Below, piece after piece: positions 42,642 to 54,903 of a DNA stretch of 64,000 bases. Source of the DNA: an uncultured bacterium (GTDB lineage: Bacteria > Verrucomicrobiota > Verrucomicrobiia > Limisphaerales > UBA8199); contig CAVVMW010000015.1 in assembly GCA_963749495.1 (NCBI GenBank), positions 384,001-448,000 on the forward strand. The letters run 5' to 3'. The stretch's first letter is position 1; each line of letters starts with the position of its first letter. A program made the position numbers and the translations under genes. Below the pieces are notes generated by a model. That model made no database searches. It had not been told where the DNA came from and was given only the letters and a program-made list of their open reading frames with translations.

Positions 42642-44223
42642 GTGAAAGAAGCTGCTGGTAAAGGCAAACCTGCGCCGGTCCGGGACCTGGCGCTCTCGCG
42701 CGCCTTGCGCGGGTATCTCTATTTCACGGCCGCCGTGGCCGGGGCGGCGGTCATGATCGTGGAGATCCTGGGGGCGAAGATCCTGGCCCCGTTTCTGGGC
42801 CTGTCACATTTCGTCTGGACCGCCCAGATTGCGGTCACGCTGGTGGCCCTGGCGTGCGGGTATTACGTGGGCGGACGGCTGGCCGACCGCTCGCAGCGGT
42901 TGGAGTGGCTCTATGGGGCGATCTTCGGGTCTGCCATCTTCCTGGGCTTGACTGTGCTGGTTTCCAGGCCGGTGGCCTATTGGTGCCTGGACAACTTCCA
43001 TAGCCTGGCTGCCGGCTCCCTGGTCACCTCGGCGTCCCTGTTTTTCATCCCGCTGGCCCTGCTGGCCATGACCGGGCCGTTCCTGGTCCGGGTCATCACC
43101 CTGTCCGTGGCCGGCGTCGGTTCAAACGTGGGGCGGCTGACCTCGATCGGCACGCTGGGCAGCTTCGCGGGGACACTCCTGATCGGCTACGTCATGATCC
43201 CCTACCTGCCGAACTCCAAAACCATGTGCCTGACCGCCCTGGCCCTGATGCTGGTGTGCGCCGGCTACTTCGCGTTTTTCGCGCGCAAAGCCATCCCTGC
43301 GGCGGGGCTCCTGCTCGCCTGCGGGGCGGTCCTGGGCCTGGAGGCGCGCAGCGGCGGGCCGGATCGACCGCCCTCGCTGGTCGAGTTGTTCCACGGCAAC
43401 TCCAATTTCGGCCAACTCCAGGTGCTCGAACTCCCGAACCACGCCTGCCGCTATTACCTCAACGATTACCTCTTCCAAAACACCTACGACCCCGCCCGCA
43501 AACAGAGCCGCTCTTACTTCACCTACATGCTCTCGGGCCTGGCCCGCGCCACCGTCACCAACATCAATGATGTCCTGTGCATCGGCCTGGGCATCGGCAT
43601 CGTGCCGATGGACTTCGCCCGAGGCGGCGCCCGGGTGGACGTGGTGGAAATCAACCCCGCCGTCGTCCCGGTGGCCGTGAGGTTCTTCGACCTCCAGACC
43701 AACCAAATCCACTTGATGATCGACAATGGACGCCACTTCCTCAATCGCTGCCCCAAACGCTACGACGCCATTATCCTCGATGCGTTCCTGGGCGATTCCT
43801 CCCCGTCGCACTTGATGAGCCGCCAGGCCTTCGAGCTCGATGCGCCGTCTGCTGCGCCCGGGCGGCGCCCTGGTCATCAACAGCTTCGGCAACCTGGACC
43901 CCACCCGCGATTTCTTCTGCGCCTCCCTCAACCGCACCCTCCGCAGCGTCTTCAAGAGCGTCCGCATGTGTACCAGCGGCGATGGCGGGATCTTCTTCGC
44001 CGCCACCGACCACCCCACCACCAACTTCGTCCGTCCCCCGGACCTGGAAAACGTTCACCCCTACGTCCTGCACGAGGCCCAGGCCGGCTATGTCAACGTC
44101 GTCAACACGCCCCCCAACCACGGCCTGGTGCTGACCGACAACTATAACCCGGCGGAGTTCTTCGACGCCCACAACCGCGAAACTATGCGCCGCCGCCTGG
44201 CCCTGGAACTGAAGGGGGAGTAG
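42642..44223 (+). CDS. Fused MFS/spermidine synthase-like SAM methyltransferase; frameshift near 43835
   Basis: GAAVMIVEILG TM region; VLCIGLG.G, VEINP, IILDAF; LRPGG..VIN and LTDNYNP in the next frame. Confidence 0.85.
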
Positions 44224-44285
44224 GGCGGAAGGCGAAGGAAAGAAAGGGAAGAACAGAAGGAAACGAAGGGAACGAAGAATTGCAT

Positions 44286-44420
44286 TTGCCAAAATCCCTC
44301 CTCGTGCCTATCTTCCCACCGTGATGCGCAAAGCGGAGACAACGACAATTTAGCGTTCACCCTGGAGAACCAGGATGAGCGCCAACGCCTCGATCAACTG
44401 ACTCGAGGCGTTTTCATTTT
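44286..44420 (+). promoter_or_regulatory. Threonine leader-peptide transcription attenuator upstream of thrS
   Basis: TTGCCA-17-TATCTT promoter; leader ORF; hairpin 44353-44382; terminator AACGCCTCGA/TCGAGGCGTT + TTCATTTT at 44384-44420. Confidence 0.8.
44324..44353 (+). CDS. thrS leader peptide MRKAETTTI
   Basis: ATG CGC AAA GCG GAG ACA ACG ACA ATT TAG (in-frame GTG at 44321); three consecutive Thr codons. Confidence 0.75.
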   Translation: MRKAETTTI

Positions 44421-44443
44421 CATCTGGAATTTGAAATCTGACT

Positions 44444-46349
44444 ATGGAATCTCAAAGCAAAAACCAACCGGACAAAAACCAAGCGGAGCGCAAGAGTCCG
44501 GATGACCGCAGCCGGATGAGCGACCTGGAACGGCTGCGCCACTCCTGCGCGCACGTGATGGCCACCGCCATCCTCCGCCTCTGGCCCGAGGCCCAATTCG
44601 CCTCCGGCCCGGCGGTCGAGAACGGCTTCTACTACGACGTGGACCTCGAGCACCGCATCAGCCCCGAGGACTTCCCCGCCATCGAGGCCGAGATGAAGAA
44701 GGAGATCAAGGCCAATCATCTCTTCGAGCGGATCGTCGTCCCCCGCCAGCAGGCCGTGCAGGACGCCCAGCAGGGCCGCTTAGGCGCGCTGTCCGAGCGC
44801 TCCGCGCCCAGCAAATACAAGCTGGGCAACCTCAAGGATATCCCCGAGGGCGAACCGATCTCCTACTACCGCAGCGGCGATTTCATCGACCTGTGCGCCG
44901 GCCCGCACGTGATGCGCACCGGCAACATCGGCGCCTTCAAGCTCACCACCCTCGCCAGCGCCTACTACAAGGGCGACCAGGCCAACCCCCAGCTCCAGCG
45001 CATCTACGGCACCGCCTTCAAGACCAAGTCCGAGCTGGAGGCCCACTTCAAGATGCTCGAGGAGGCCAAACGCCGCGACCACCGCAAGCTCGGGCAGGAG
45101 ATGGGCCTCTTCACCCTGGACCCGGAATTCACCGGCCCCGGCCTGGTGCTCTGGCTGCCCAAAGGCGCCGCCATCGCCGAGGAACTGGAAAAGCTCGCCA
45201 AGGAGACCGAGTTCGCCGCCGGCTACGTGCGCGTGAAGACCCCCCATATCGCCAAGGAGAAGATGTACCTGACCAGCGGCCACATCCCGCTCTACCAGGA
45301 CTCGATGTTCCCGCCGATGGAGGTCGCGGAGGAGGCCCCCAGGCCCGGGGGCCGGAGGCCCCGCGGCCCAGCCTGCCGCCGCCCCGGCCAAGTACTATCT
45401 CAAAGCGATGAACTGCCCGCACCACCACCGCATCTTTGCCGCGGAGCCGCGCAGCTACCGGGACTTGCCCCTGCGCCTGGCCGAATACGGCACCTGTTAC
45501 CGCTACGAACAGTCCGGCGAACTCCTGGGCCTGATGCGCGTGCGCGCCCTCAGCATGAACGACGCCCACATCTATTGCACCCCGGAGCAGTTCGCCCAGG
45601 AGTTCAATGCCGTCAACGAGATGTACCTCAAGTACTTCAAGATCTTCGGCATCGAGAAATACGTCATGCGCTTCGGCACCCATGACCCAGCCAAGCTCGG
45701 CCAGAAATTCGTCGACGAACCGGTGTTATGGAAACAGACCGAGGACATGGTCCGCCGCGTGCTCAAGGAGTCCGGCATCCACTTTGTCGAGGTCCCCAAC
45801 GAGGCGGCCTTTTACGGCCCCAAGATTGACGTGCAGGTCTGGAGCGTGATTGGCCGCGAGTTCACCCTGGCCACCAACCAGGTGGATTTCGCCGTCCCGT
45901 CCCGGTTCGGCCTGGCCTATCGCGACCGGGACAACACGGAGAAGGTGCCGTTGTGCATTCACCGCGCCCCGCTCGGCACCCACGAGCGGTTCATCGGCTT
46001 TCTCATCGAGCATTACGCCGGCAACTTCCCGCTCTGGCTCGCCCCCGAGCAGGTGCGCGTGCTGACCGTCGGCGAGGAAGAGCCGCTGGCAAATCATGCA
46101 AAGGGCATCGTCCAGGAACTCCGCGCCAACATGGTCCGCGCCGAGGGCGATTACGGCAGCGACAAGATCAGCGGCAAGATCCAGCGCGCCGAGCAGGCCA
46201 AGGTCCATACCATGCTGATCGTCGGCCCCCGCGACCTCCAAGCCGGCGCCGTGAGCCTCCGGGTACACGGCCAAGGCAGTCTGGGCGCCAAGCCGCGCGC
46301 CGAGGCGCTCGCCCAAATCCTGGCGGCGATACGCGAACGCAGGGGATGA
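44444..46349 (+). CDS. thrS: Threonine-tRNA ligase (no TGS domain); frameshift near 45340-45390
   Basis: RHSCAHV, DLCAGPH, RDHRKLG, KAMNCPHH, YRYEQSG, AAFYGPKID, HRAPLGTHERF. Confidence 0.95.
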
Positions 46350-46871
46350 ACCAGGTGCGTGCCCTTCTGTCGTACGCCCAAAGGACAATAGCGCCTTGCT
46401 GGATGTGGACGTACTTGTTGAAAGCCCCTGACGCATAGGGGCCGGCGGAACGACAACGCGATGCGGTGTGCCTGGCTCAGCGTGTCCGCTGGCTAGGCCG
46501 GAGCCGCAACAGCTAAGAACTATGAACGCGAGCATTTTCACTCGATTGACTCGCAGGCCCAAGACGGAGCGGCGCTACCTGGTCAATGGCCGGTGGGTCC
46601 GGGCAGCGCCCGACCAGGAAGCGGCCAAAGTGCTCGCTTGGTTCAAGTCCGCGCGGAATTGTCCTTCGCCAATCAAGCTCAGCCGGACAGTGGATTAGCC
46701 GCTATTGCCAGCACGGATCGAGGCCAATCGCCGCGACCGGCTCCGCGGCACCGCGCCTCGGAACCAAGTCAGCATCATGCCTGGCCTTTGGCAGGAATAA
46801 TAATCCGGCCGGACAAGAGCGGGTTGCTCGAACGCCGGCGGGAGAATGCCAGTCTTTCCCCGCTTTTTCAG

Positions 46872-46958
46872 TGGTGCCGATGGAGGGGGTCGAACCCACA
46901 CAACCTCACGGTTACCAGATTTTGAGTCTAGCGCGTCTGCCAATTCCGCCACATCGGC
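46872..46958 (-). tRNA. tRNA-Leu(CAA)
   Basis: GCCGATGTGGCGGAATTGGCAGACGCGCTAGACTCAAAATCTGG...GGTTCGACCCCCTCCATCGGCACCA; long variable arm; CCA encoded. Confidence 0.97.
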
Positions 46959-47089
46959 TCACTGATTTCCAGGCACTTGTGCAGCTTCGTGCCGGTCGCC
47001 CGGAACATACAGGAGGAGGACCGGTGAGCGCAAGGCCGGACTGAAACGATCTCATTGACACAAAAGGGCCGCGCGGCTAACCTTTGCCT

Positions 47090-47311
47090 ATGAGTAACAC
47101 GGCGGAATCCGAGTCTCTGGAATTCCCGTTTGCGGCGGAACTGATCACGAATCGGCGAGGGCGGATCGCCAAAGTAGTCCTCAATCTCCGAGACTATCGA
47201 GCCCTAATCGATGCCGTGGAGGACGCTGGGCTCTATCGTGCCATGAAACGCGTGGCTGCGGAAAAACCGCTCAGCCGGCAGGCTGCCTTGACGTTGCTTG
47301 ACGCCAAGTGA
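47090..47311 (+). CDS. Type II TA antitoxin
   Basis: Small ORF overlapping relE; TTGACA-17-TAACCT promoter 7 nt before the ATG. Confidence 0.75.
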   Translation: MSNTAESESLEFPFAAELITNRRGRIAKVVLNLRDYRALIDAVEDAGLYRAMKRVAAEKPLSRQAALTLLDAK

Positions 47312-47577
47312 ACGCAACCTACCTGCCCGCCTTCATCAAGGACCTGCGCCGGCTTCGCCAACACTCGGAATACAGCCGCATCCGCCGCCTGGCATTCGAG
47401 GAGATGCCTGCCTGGAAGAGCCTCGCGGGCCGCAGCCAGATCAAGCGCCTATCGGCTCACGAAAAGGCATATCGCATCCGGACGGGCGATTACCGCATCG
47501 GGTTTTACTGGTCCGGAGATGAACTGGTCTTCGCTCGAGTGCTGCACCGGCGGGAGATTTACCGCTTCTTTCCGTGA
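47308..47577 (+). CDS. RelE/ParE-family toxin
   Basis: FIKDL..L, YRIRTGDYRIGF, RVLHRREIYRFFP. Confidence 0.9.
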   Translation: MNATYLPAFIKDLRRLRQHSEYSRIRRLAFEEMPAWKSLAGRSQIKRLSAHEKAYRIRTGDYRIGFYWSGDELVFARVLHRREIYRFFP

Positions 47578-47589
47578 AGAGTCTTCACC

Positions 47590-48117
47590 TCCTGCTGCGC
47601 GCGTTGCCGACCTGAGCGCATTCTCAACAAGGACGAACGGCTGATTCGGGATTCCAGCCTGGAAATCGCGGACATCCAGTCGAAAAAGCCGCACAACCTG
47701 GACGAGCAGATCAAGGCCGTGGCCAAAATAACCGACTTGCTGAAGCAGCTCGACCTGGACGACCTGCGGGTGAAGAATCTGCTGGAGTTGGCAGAAGCAA
47801 GGGCCTCGCAGCTTCTTGACCTGGAATTGACGGTCAACAGCATGTCCCCCTGGGAAATGGAACCGGTGGACCTTGAGCCTCTGCCGGAGTTGGCCACGCT
47901 TCCGAAAGAGCGCCCCCGCCGAAGCATTTGGGCTGATGATGACGAAGATTTCGGGGTGTGGGCGCGCAGGCTTGCTGCCGTGGTCGCAGGCGCAGTTGCG
48001 GGGGTGCTCGTCGCGAAGACATCTGACTTCCTGCTGGGTGAGCAGGACCGCACTCCCGGGCAGGTTTTCGGGGCCATCGTTGGCCTCGCCGTGGTATTCT
48101 GTCCAACAAGGCGCTGA
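47590..48117 (+). pseudogene. Probable 5'-truncated fragment of an unknown gene
   Basis: Open frame extends upstream of 47719 without a clear start; protein-like helical sequence. Confidence 0.35.
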
Positions 48118-48314
48118 CAAACCGGGAAAACCAAAAACCCGGACGCAGGGGCTGGGCAGGATTTCAGATCAACTCCTTCCGTTTGGGCGCGCGCCGGAGC
48201 ACGCCAGGCGCGGCACCCGAGGCCAGGCAGCTCGGACCAGCGTCGGGTGTTCCTGTGGCGCGTGTTTTCAAGTCCGCCTTTGCATTCATCTCACGAATGT
48301 CGAATAATGGCGGC

Positions 48315-50290
48315 ATGAGAACAATCAGCAGCGTTCACAAGCTCCTGGCGGTGCTCGGCCTAGCCGCGTCGGTCTCGGCTCACGCAGGGACCACTTCCTT
48401 CAGCTACCAGGGTTCGCTTGCCCAAGGCACAAACGCGACCAGCGGGAAGTTCGATTTCCGGTTCACTCTCTACGACGCCCCCCTGGTCGGCTCCGCCGTG
48501 ACCGACGCGGTGACCAATACTGCAGTTAATGTCGATAACGGCATCTTCACCACGATAATTGACTTCGGTCCCGGCGTCTTCACGGGTGACGACCGCTGGC
48601 TCGAAATCGCCGTCCGCACCAACGGTCCAGGGGCCTTCACCACGCTGACGCCACGCCAGGCGGTGACGCCCGTCCCCTCGGCCTTGTTTTCCGTGAACGC
48701 CGCCAATTATTCCGGCCCGGTCTCGGCCTCGCAGCTCAGCGGCGCGATACCCTCGTCCCTACTGCCCGCCGGCCTGCTCACCAACAACGCGGCGGGGGTG
48801 AGCCTAAGCGGCGCCTTCGCAGGCAATGGGGCAGGACTGACCGGCCTCAACGCCAACAGCGTCACGGGCAATTTCAGCGGCGCATCTTACTTGGCACCCA
48901 TGTCCACCTCTTACGGGGCAACAGAACTTGCCGGTAGTTATAGTTACGACATTTACTACGGCGGTGGGTTTGTTGATTATCTCACCAATTCCTTTATCGC
49001 CACAAATATCGCCTGTTCCGGGGTGGAAATGGTTCAAATGTGGAGGCAATACTTCGGGTTTTTCAGCGTGACAGCCTCGACAGCTTCAACGTTCACACCA
49101 CCATGCCGATTTGCTCGAACGCGGTGACAATTCCCGCGTGGCAAGGGGTTGGAAGCATTGCAAATATCCATAATTTCGCGATTCCCACTTACCCGTTGCC
49201 GGTGAGCAATTACTTGTTTGTCACATTCGAGGTAACCAATACCAACACGTTGAATTTCGCCTTTTGGAGCGGCTCCGTTGGGAACACCAATTTGCCACGG
49301 CTACCGTATGCATATCTGGAAGACACAACGGGCAACCTAATTCAGCATGGTCTGAGTTACTGGTGGGGCAACGCGAGCGCCGAGTTGTCGGGTTATGCCC
49401 AAGTGCAGATAACCAATTTGGCAACTTACATCGGCTCCTTGGCGGCGAATGTCACAGCGGCAAGCATCACCAACGCTGCGGTCCTTCCATACTCCACGAA
49501 CACGTCACTCCTGAGCCTTGGTTCCTCGACCGACGCGCAGACCGCGATTGATGCGCTCGCGTATATGATTGCGACATCCTCGGTGCCGCTGCTCGCGAGC
49601 AACACAGTGGTAGTTCTGGATGGAGATTCCAAGATGGTGGGGCTTGGTTCAGTTTTAACGAAATTCCCGTGGTGGAACTCCGTTGCGTTTCTTACGAACG
49701 TTGCAGTAGGTGGAACGAGCCTAAGCTTTACGACCAATGCTTGGGCCACGAACACGGCGAGTTTTTCATCCAGGCTCCGAAACGGGACCAATGGCCTATA
49801 TGTCTATTGGGGAATGCACAGCGACATGAGCGGGAATCCCTATAACGTAATTGGGACATTATCCAATTATCTTAATCAGGTGGCAAGTTCCAACTGGAAC
49901 ATCATGCTCCTTACAGTTCAGCCCAGGGCCTCCTACAGCCAGGACACTCCTGCCTCACAGTTATTTCTGCCAATCGTGAACAACTTCATCCGCACTTGGC
50001 CAACGCCCTGGAGGGTTGTGGATGCGGAAGTGCTTTTGCCCAACTGTTACAACATGGTATTTTTCTCTGACACCACGCACCTAAACCCTATCGGCTATAG
50101 TAACATCGCATGGGGCATTCAGCCAGAATTGTTTGCTCCCAAGAAGCACATGTGGCCCCAGGAGTGGGTTTATGACTACGGGACCAACATCATCGTTGCG
50201 GTGCCCGGCGCCACCAATGGTTCAGGTTCGGTCGTCGCTACATTATACCGGTTTGGGGGACTGAAGCTGAATGGGGGCGGGGGTGAGTGA
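48315..50290 (+). CDS. Secreted protein: verrucomicrobial FxYQG N-terminal module plus C-terminal SGNH/GDSL hydrolase; frameshift near 49070
   Basis: Signal peptide, [46 protein letters not shown] blocks. Confidence 0.7.
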
Positions 50291-50483
50291 GGCAGGGGGG
50301 GCAGGTTTGGAGAATCTGGTCCGTGAAGAAGGCCAAGCCCTGCCGCACTTCAATTTCTACCCGGCCGACTTTGGAAAACACGCGTCACCACCGCACCCAA
50401 ACCGAATGGGGCAGCTCCTGGGCGGTTCATTCCTCTTGACTTCGTGGCTCGTGAGGCGTGTAATCTTGCTGACACAGGATTTT

Positions 50484-51350
50484 ATGAGAGAGCCTTACGG
50501 GGAATCGGACCCGGTGAACAGTTTTGGACCTGGAAGCAGGTTCACCGGTGGTCCAGCGTTCACCCTCATCGAACTTCTCGTCGTCATCGCCATCATCGCC
50601 ATTCTGGCAGCCATGCTGCTCCCGGCGCTAAGCAAGGCCAAAGCCAAAGCCCAAAGGACTAGCTGCGCCACCAGCATGAAGAACTGGGGCTATGCGATAG
50701 CGATGTACGAGGGCGATTTCAAGGACCGCTTTCCCGTGTTTGGTGAGAACTCCCAGGACTACAGCAAGCCGTTTTGGTTTGAACTGCTGGCGCCTTATGT
50801 CGCCCGGCAACCCAAAGTCGGCAACGGCCAGTTTAACACAGACCCGCTTTTTCTCCTGGACGCCCTCCGCAAATGCCCGGGCGGGAGCTTTGGGCCGGCG
50901 CCTTTCTCCGGCAACACTCCGGCCCCGGGGACCAACTGGAATTGCTACATCGGCTGCCACTTCGGCCGCTTTGGCGATTCGGTTTTCGTGCCCGCGAGGA
51001 AGTATAACGGCATCTCGGGACCGTTCTATTACGCCGATCATACGCAGCCGATGCCAGCCTCGAAAATCAGGCGGCCTGCGCAGGCCATGACCCTCACGGA
51101 CACCATCAGCCACTATCTTTATTCTCCGCTGGAACCGAGTTACGTTTTCACCCTGGACAAAGACGGCGACGGGAAATTGGATTCCATGTCCAACTACGAT
51201 GTCGCTTACAACTGGGGGCGCCCTACCGTGCATAGCCGGGGGGCAAATGTCACCGCCGCCGACGGCCATGTCGAGCGGGTGACCTTCCGGGTGCTCTGGG
51301 CACAGGGCCCGTCTGGGGAGATGCTCAGTGAGTGGTGGTACATGGAGTAA
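50484..51350 (+). CDS. Prepilin-type cleavage/methylation protein with H-X9-DG motif
   Basis: [44 protein letters not shown]. Confidence 0.93.
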   Translation: MREPYGESDPVNSFGPGSRFTGGPAFTLIELLVVIAIIAILAAMLLPALSKAKAKAQRTSCATSMKNWGYAIAMYEGDFKDRFPVFGENSQDYSKPFWFELLAPYVARQPKVGNGQFNTDPLFLLDALRKCPGGSFGPAPFSGNTPAPGTNWNCYIGCHFGRFGDSVFVPARKYNGISGPFYYADHTQPMPASKIRRPAQAMTLTDTISHYLYSPLEPSYVFTLDKDGDGKLDSMSNYDVAYNWGRPTVHSRGANVTAADGHVERVTFRVLWAQGPSGEMLSEWWYME

Positions 51351-51419
51351 CGCTGCGCCTCGTTCTCGGCGTGAAGTTTGAAGACAACCCCTTGCGCTTT
51401 CCCGTCCACGGCTGTTGAG

Positions 51420-51509
51420 TTGGCGGACAATCCGCTCCAAGGTCCACCCGCTCACCCGCCATGCCGCCATGGATCGGAGGGTCGCTTGCTCGGAGGAGTT
51501 GTCGACCAA
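51420..51509. other. Degenerate attC-like imperfect palindrome
   Basis: TTGGCGGACAATCCGCTCCAAG ... CTTGCTCGGAGGAGTTGTCGACCAA. Confidence 0.3.
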
Positions 51510-51842
51510 CCGCTTGCTGAGGCGCAGTCACGATTCTCTTGCCAGAGATCACCGGGCAGCGCGGACTCGAGGCCACAATGCGGCAGTCGGCGCCATACCT
51601 TGCCGATCAATAGGTTACGGGGCACGAAGGCGCCAAAAGCCCAGCTCGGCCGTCGCATTGCCTTGCCTTTTCGCCGGCCACGCGTCCCAAGTGAGCAGGG
51701 CGGCTGAGATCCAGCTGCGCGATACATCCCGGTAGAACATTGACTCCCATCACAGGAACAGGAAGTGTAAGCACCTGGCAGGCGGTGCGAGCGAAAGGAA
51801 AGGTGGCAGAGCACCCTGGGCCACTGCCGATTCCCGCGCGCC

Positions 51843-52046
51843 TCAAGAGGCCGGGATGGCCGGCCCTAGCTCGGAGGACTTCAACGATCTTGCATCTGGT
51901 GAGGATTCAGGCTGTTGGAGCGATTCCGGTTCCTCCATGCCGTCCCACAGACTCGAACAGGAAGCGCATAAATTGGGGTTGCGCGACAGGGAGTTCCTCC
52001 CCGGAGTAATCGTCTCACCACAACAAACGCAAATTGTTGGGCTCAT
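51843..52046 (-). CDS. Small Cys-rich (zinc-ribbon-like) protein
   Basis: MSPTICVCCGE...SRNPNLCASCSS. Confidence 0.65.
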   Translation of the reverse strand: MSPTICVCCGETITPGRNSLSRNPNLCASCSSLWDGMEEPESLQQPESSPDARSLKSSELGPAIPAS

Positions 52047-52546
52047 GATTCGAAAAACTAAATCTGGGTCCAAAGGGTTTCAAATAAAATGTGCCACGAG
52101 TTGTTCACGGGGAATTCACAGGATATTCACCGAAACGCAGCGCAGCTCCAATGAGGGTTTCGACCATGCCTTAGCGATAGCAAGCGAGCGAACGGGAGAG
52201 GCGGGGAGGCAGGTTCGGCATATCTGTCCCGGAAGAACGCCAATCTCTTCTTCCATTGCATTTCTAATTGGTCCGATATGGAAAACATCCTGCGCTGCCC
52301 CACCCTCGACGGAAATAGGCGAAGAGGAGGAGTTGGCGTTGACCTTGACAATCTTAGGCTTCGGTGGGGACGCCAAAATATTCACGCTTGACGCATCCGG
52401 GACAAATCCTAATCTCTTCGCGTTAGCCTCTGGAGTTTGTGCCAGGAACTTGCGCCTTCTGAGGTGAAGGTGCGGAGCTGCTCAGGTCCGTGGTTTGGCG
52501 GTTCAATAAGCGGACCGGTCCGTGAAATCAACAGTTCGACGAGAAT

Positions 52547-53326
52547 ATGAACTACACCGAAATGCGAAGGCTCTTGCTTAAGGTGTTCATCGGGTTCCTT
52601 TCGCTGACAGCCCTGGTGGCGATATTTTCCGTGTTGAACACTGAGTTTGGGCAGACCCAGCTCAAGGTGTTGCTTACAACTTTTTCGATATCCGCGGGAA
52701 GTATCTGCGCTATGTCGTGCGCTGGTTTCATTGAACGAGGAGGAACCAAAGCAGCGGGAATCGCCGGCATCCTGGCTGCCAGTCTTGCCGTGGTACTGGT
52801 GATGGTCGGTGTGTGGGGAGAAGTCAAGGAAAGCGATTATTGGAAAGCCACGGTGACCTCCATTGTTGTATCCGCCGCATTCGCCCATGGCTGCCTCCTG
52901 CGTTTGCCAAACCTGGGGGCGAGCTATGGGTGGACGCAGACGGTTTCCGCGTTCCTGATAGGGCTTCTTGCGCTTCAGATCATCCTGGCGGTCTTGGGAG
53001 AAATCAAAGGTGAGGGCTACTACCGTTTAATGGCCGCGCTCTCGGTTCTCGTCGTCCTCATCACACTTGTCATTCCGATCTGCAGCCGGCTGGATGCCAA
53101 GGCCGACCAAGCTCCAGCAGACCGCGGGCAGGCTCCCGAGTGCCTTGACCACTTTCCAGACCGTGTGCTCCTGCGGAGGGTCTCGGGCGCCCTTTATGCA
53201 GACCAAGCTGGTCGCTGCTTCAAGCTGACTGAGATCGAACCAGAACCAGGCGCTGCGCTGAGCGGCGGCCCCTCGACACCTGCCAAGCATTCCGGAGTCA
53301 AGGGAGGGCCACGGTCGGAGTGCTGA
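52547..53326 (+). CDS. Multi-pass membrane hypothetical protein, gene-cassette-like
   Basis: About 6-7 TM helices; GTTCGAC core at 52534-52540 just before the ATG; C-terminus reads into an attC-like site. Confidence 0.8.
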   Translation: MNYTEMRRLLLKVFIGFLSLTALVAIFSVLNTEFGQTQLKVLLTTFSISAGSICAMSCAGFIERGGTKAAGIAGILAASLAVVLVMVGVWGEVKESDYWKATVTSIVVSAAFAHGCLLRLPNLGASYGWTQTVSAFLIGLLALQIILAVLGEIKGEGYYRLMAALSVLVVLITLVIPICSRLDAKADQAPADRGQAPECLDHFPDRVLLRRVSGALYADQAGRCFKLTEIEPEPGAALSGGPSTPAKHSGVKGGPRSEC

Positions 53327-53337
53327 TCTTTGAGTGT
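53234..53337 (+). other. attC-like site (integron gene cassette)
   Basis: CGAACCAGAACCAGGCGCTGCGCTGAGCGGCGGCCC...GGAGTCAAGGGAGGGCCACGGTCGGAGTGCTGA; ATCGAAC complements the upstream GTTCGAC at 6/7. Confidence 0.5.
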
Positions 53338-53682
53338 CGTCCTCATTTTATGGGCACGAAACACATGCTGCTTTGGCTCTGCTGGCGCTGGCTGCAGTAG
53401 GTGCCATGTTGTATTTCGGAGGCCTTTCAACTGACGCCGGAAGATTCGCGTGGCAAGTCCGGCAGCCGGTTCCAGTTGGCACCGACACTGGCTCAGCCGC
53501 GAGAATCATGCAACGGCACCGGTTCAGGCGTGACTCCAAGCCGCGTGATACCGCTGGATGGACATGGTTTGAGAACTTCAAAACACGGCCAGGCTATCGT
53601 CTAATCAGCTCGCTTCGACCAATGTCCATCCCACTGCCCATTCGGACATTTACACACAGTCAAACTTACACATAAGCCATTG

Positions 53683-54282
53683 TTATACATTTGCCCGTCT
53701 TTTGCGCCTAAATGACCCTCTGAGGCGTCGGGGTCTTCTTCCGGTACGTTGAGGTGGCTGACGCTCCCCAAAGAGAGCACGAGCAGCATTCCGGAGCGAC
53801 CTTCCCTCTGCCACAAACTCGACCATCTTGCGCTCTCGGTCAGGCAAAGCAGCAACGAACTCCTGCCAATCAAGTCTTCTTGCGGCCCTGGTTGATGGAT
53901 CCTCGGCGTCATTGCTCAAAACGTCGTGAAACAAGAAGATTTCCTCACCAGCTTCGTCACTACCGGCCGCTATTTCTTCGAGACTCGTCAACCTGGTCCT
54001 GCCGTTCAACTGCGTGCCTGAACCGTAAACGTCAGCCACAGAGGACCCCGTTGACCTTCTGCCGGACTTCATGTGCTGGATTGTGTAGTAGGCGATGTTT
54101 CCTGGGGTGACCCTTTTGTGGGCCTTGTCAACGTTTGTGAGGAGTTTTGCTGCCAGGGCGATTGAATCCTGGACCAGTTCCTCGGCATCCTCTGAACCGA
54201 TGAAGGAGACGGTTTGAGGGACGGCACTTTTGAGACGGGGGACAATCTCTTCCTGCAATAACCACGCGGATCTTGGACTCAT
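53683..54282 (-). pseudogene. Sigma-factor-like/HTH protein typical of mobile regions, C-terminus disrupted
   Basis: EDAEELVQD.IA.AA (region 2-like); LPDRER....AEG.SL..AA (region 4-like), then aberrant sequence. Confidence 0.55.
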
Positions 54283-54903
54283 AGTGTCTTTGGGATGGGG
54301 GGGTGAAACGAAAAACCCTCAGGACCCCAGAAAAGGGCTGAGGGGGGAGGGGATCAACTCGTGGAGTAGATCCGGTACCCTGAAATCATACCAGCGGGGA
54401 GGGGATCAGCGCAGGAGGGGAGGAGCGATGCGCGGCCCCTGAAACCTGCAGCTACGGATTCAAAAACCTTCTTGACACCGCTTTTGCTTTGTGGCGTAAT
54501 GACAACTGAACATCAGCAGTGGGCCGTCTGGGTTTGCTGATTTCCTGGCGGTGTTGTTGGGTGCCCGGTTGTTTATGAACTTGGGAGCGGGAATTGGGAG
54601 ATCGCTTTCGGGCGAGCATGAGTGGACTGCTCACCATCCCGGATTGCACACCTGCATCCGACATTTTGGCGGCCTGCTGAGCAAGCTCACCGGGCCTTTC
54701 TCTCGTCCAGAAACCAGGCAATCCCAAAGCAACTGGGCAAGCGTTCAGGACCAAATGGGTGCGCTCCTCGCCCAGAAGCGTCTTTTAACATGAGCGCGAC
54801 CAGCAACCAATTCTCCCTCACCCGCGCAGCGTCAATCAATCGGTGGGGGCGCAAGAACGCAATATCTCATCCGTAATCCTCAAACAATCCAACAACAATA
54901 GTT

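Noticed and set aside
44286..44440. T-box riboswitch for thrS
   Set aside because: Too short, with no UGGNACC T-box bulge or stem I motifs; leader-peptide attenuation fits better
45330..45410. thrS as a pseudogene or programmed frameshift
   Set aside because: Essential gene with both halves intact; no slippery heptamer; many similar breaks across the window point to sequencing error
46522..46698. Small ORF MNASIFTRL...
   Set aside because: No recognisable motif or supporting signals; cannot be supported without a homology search
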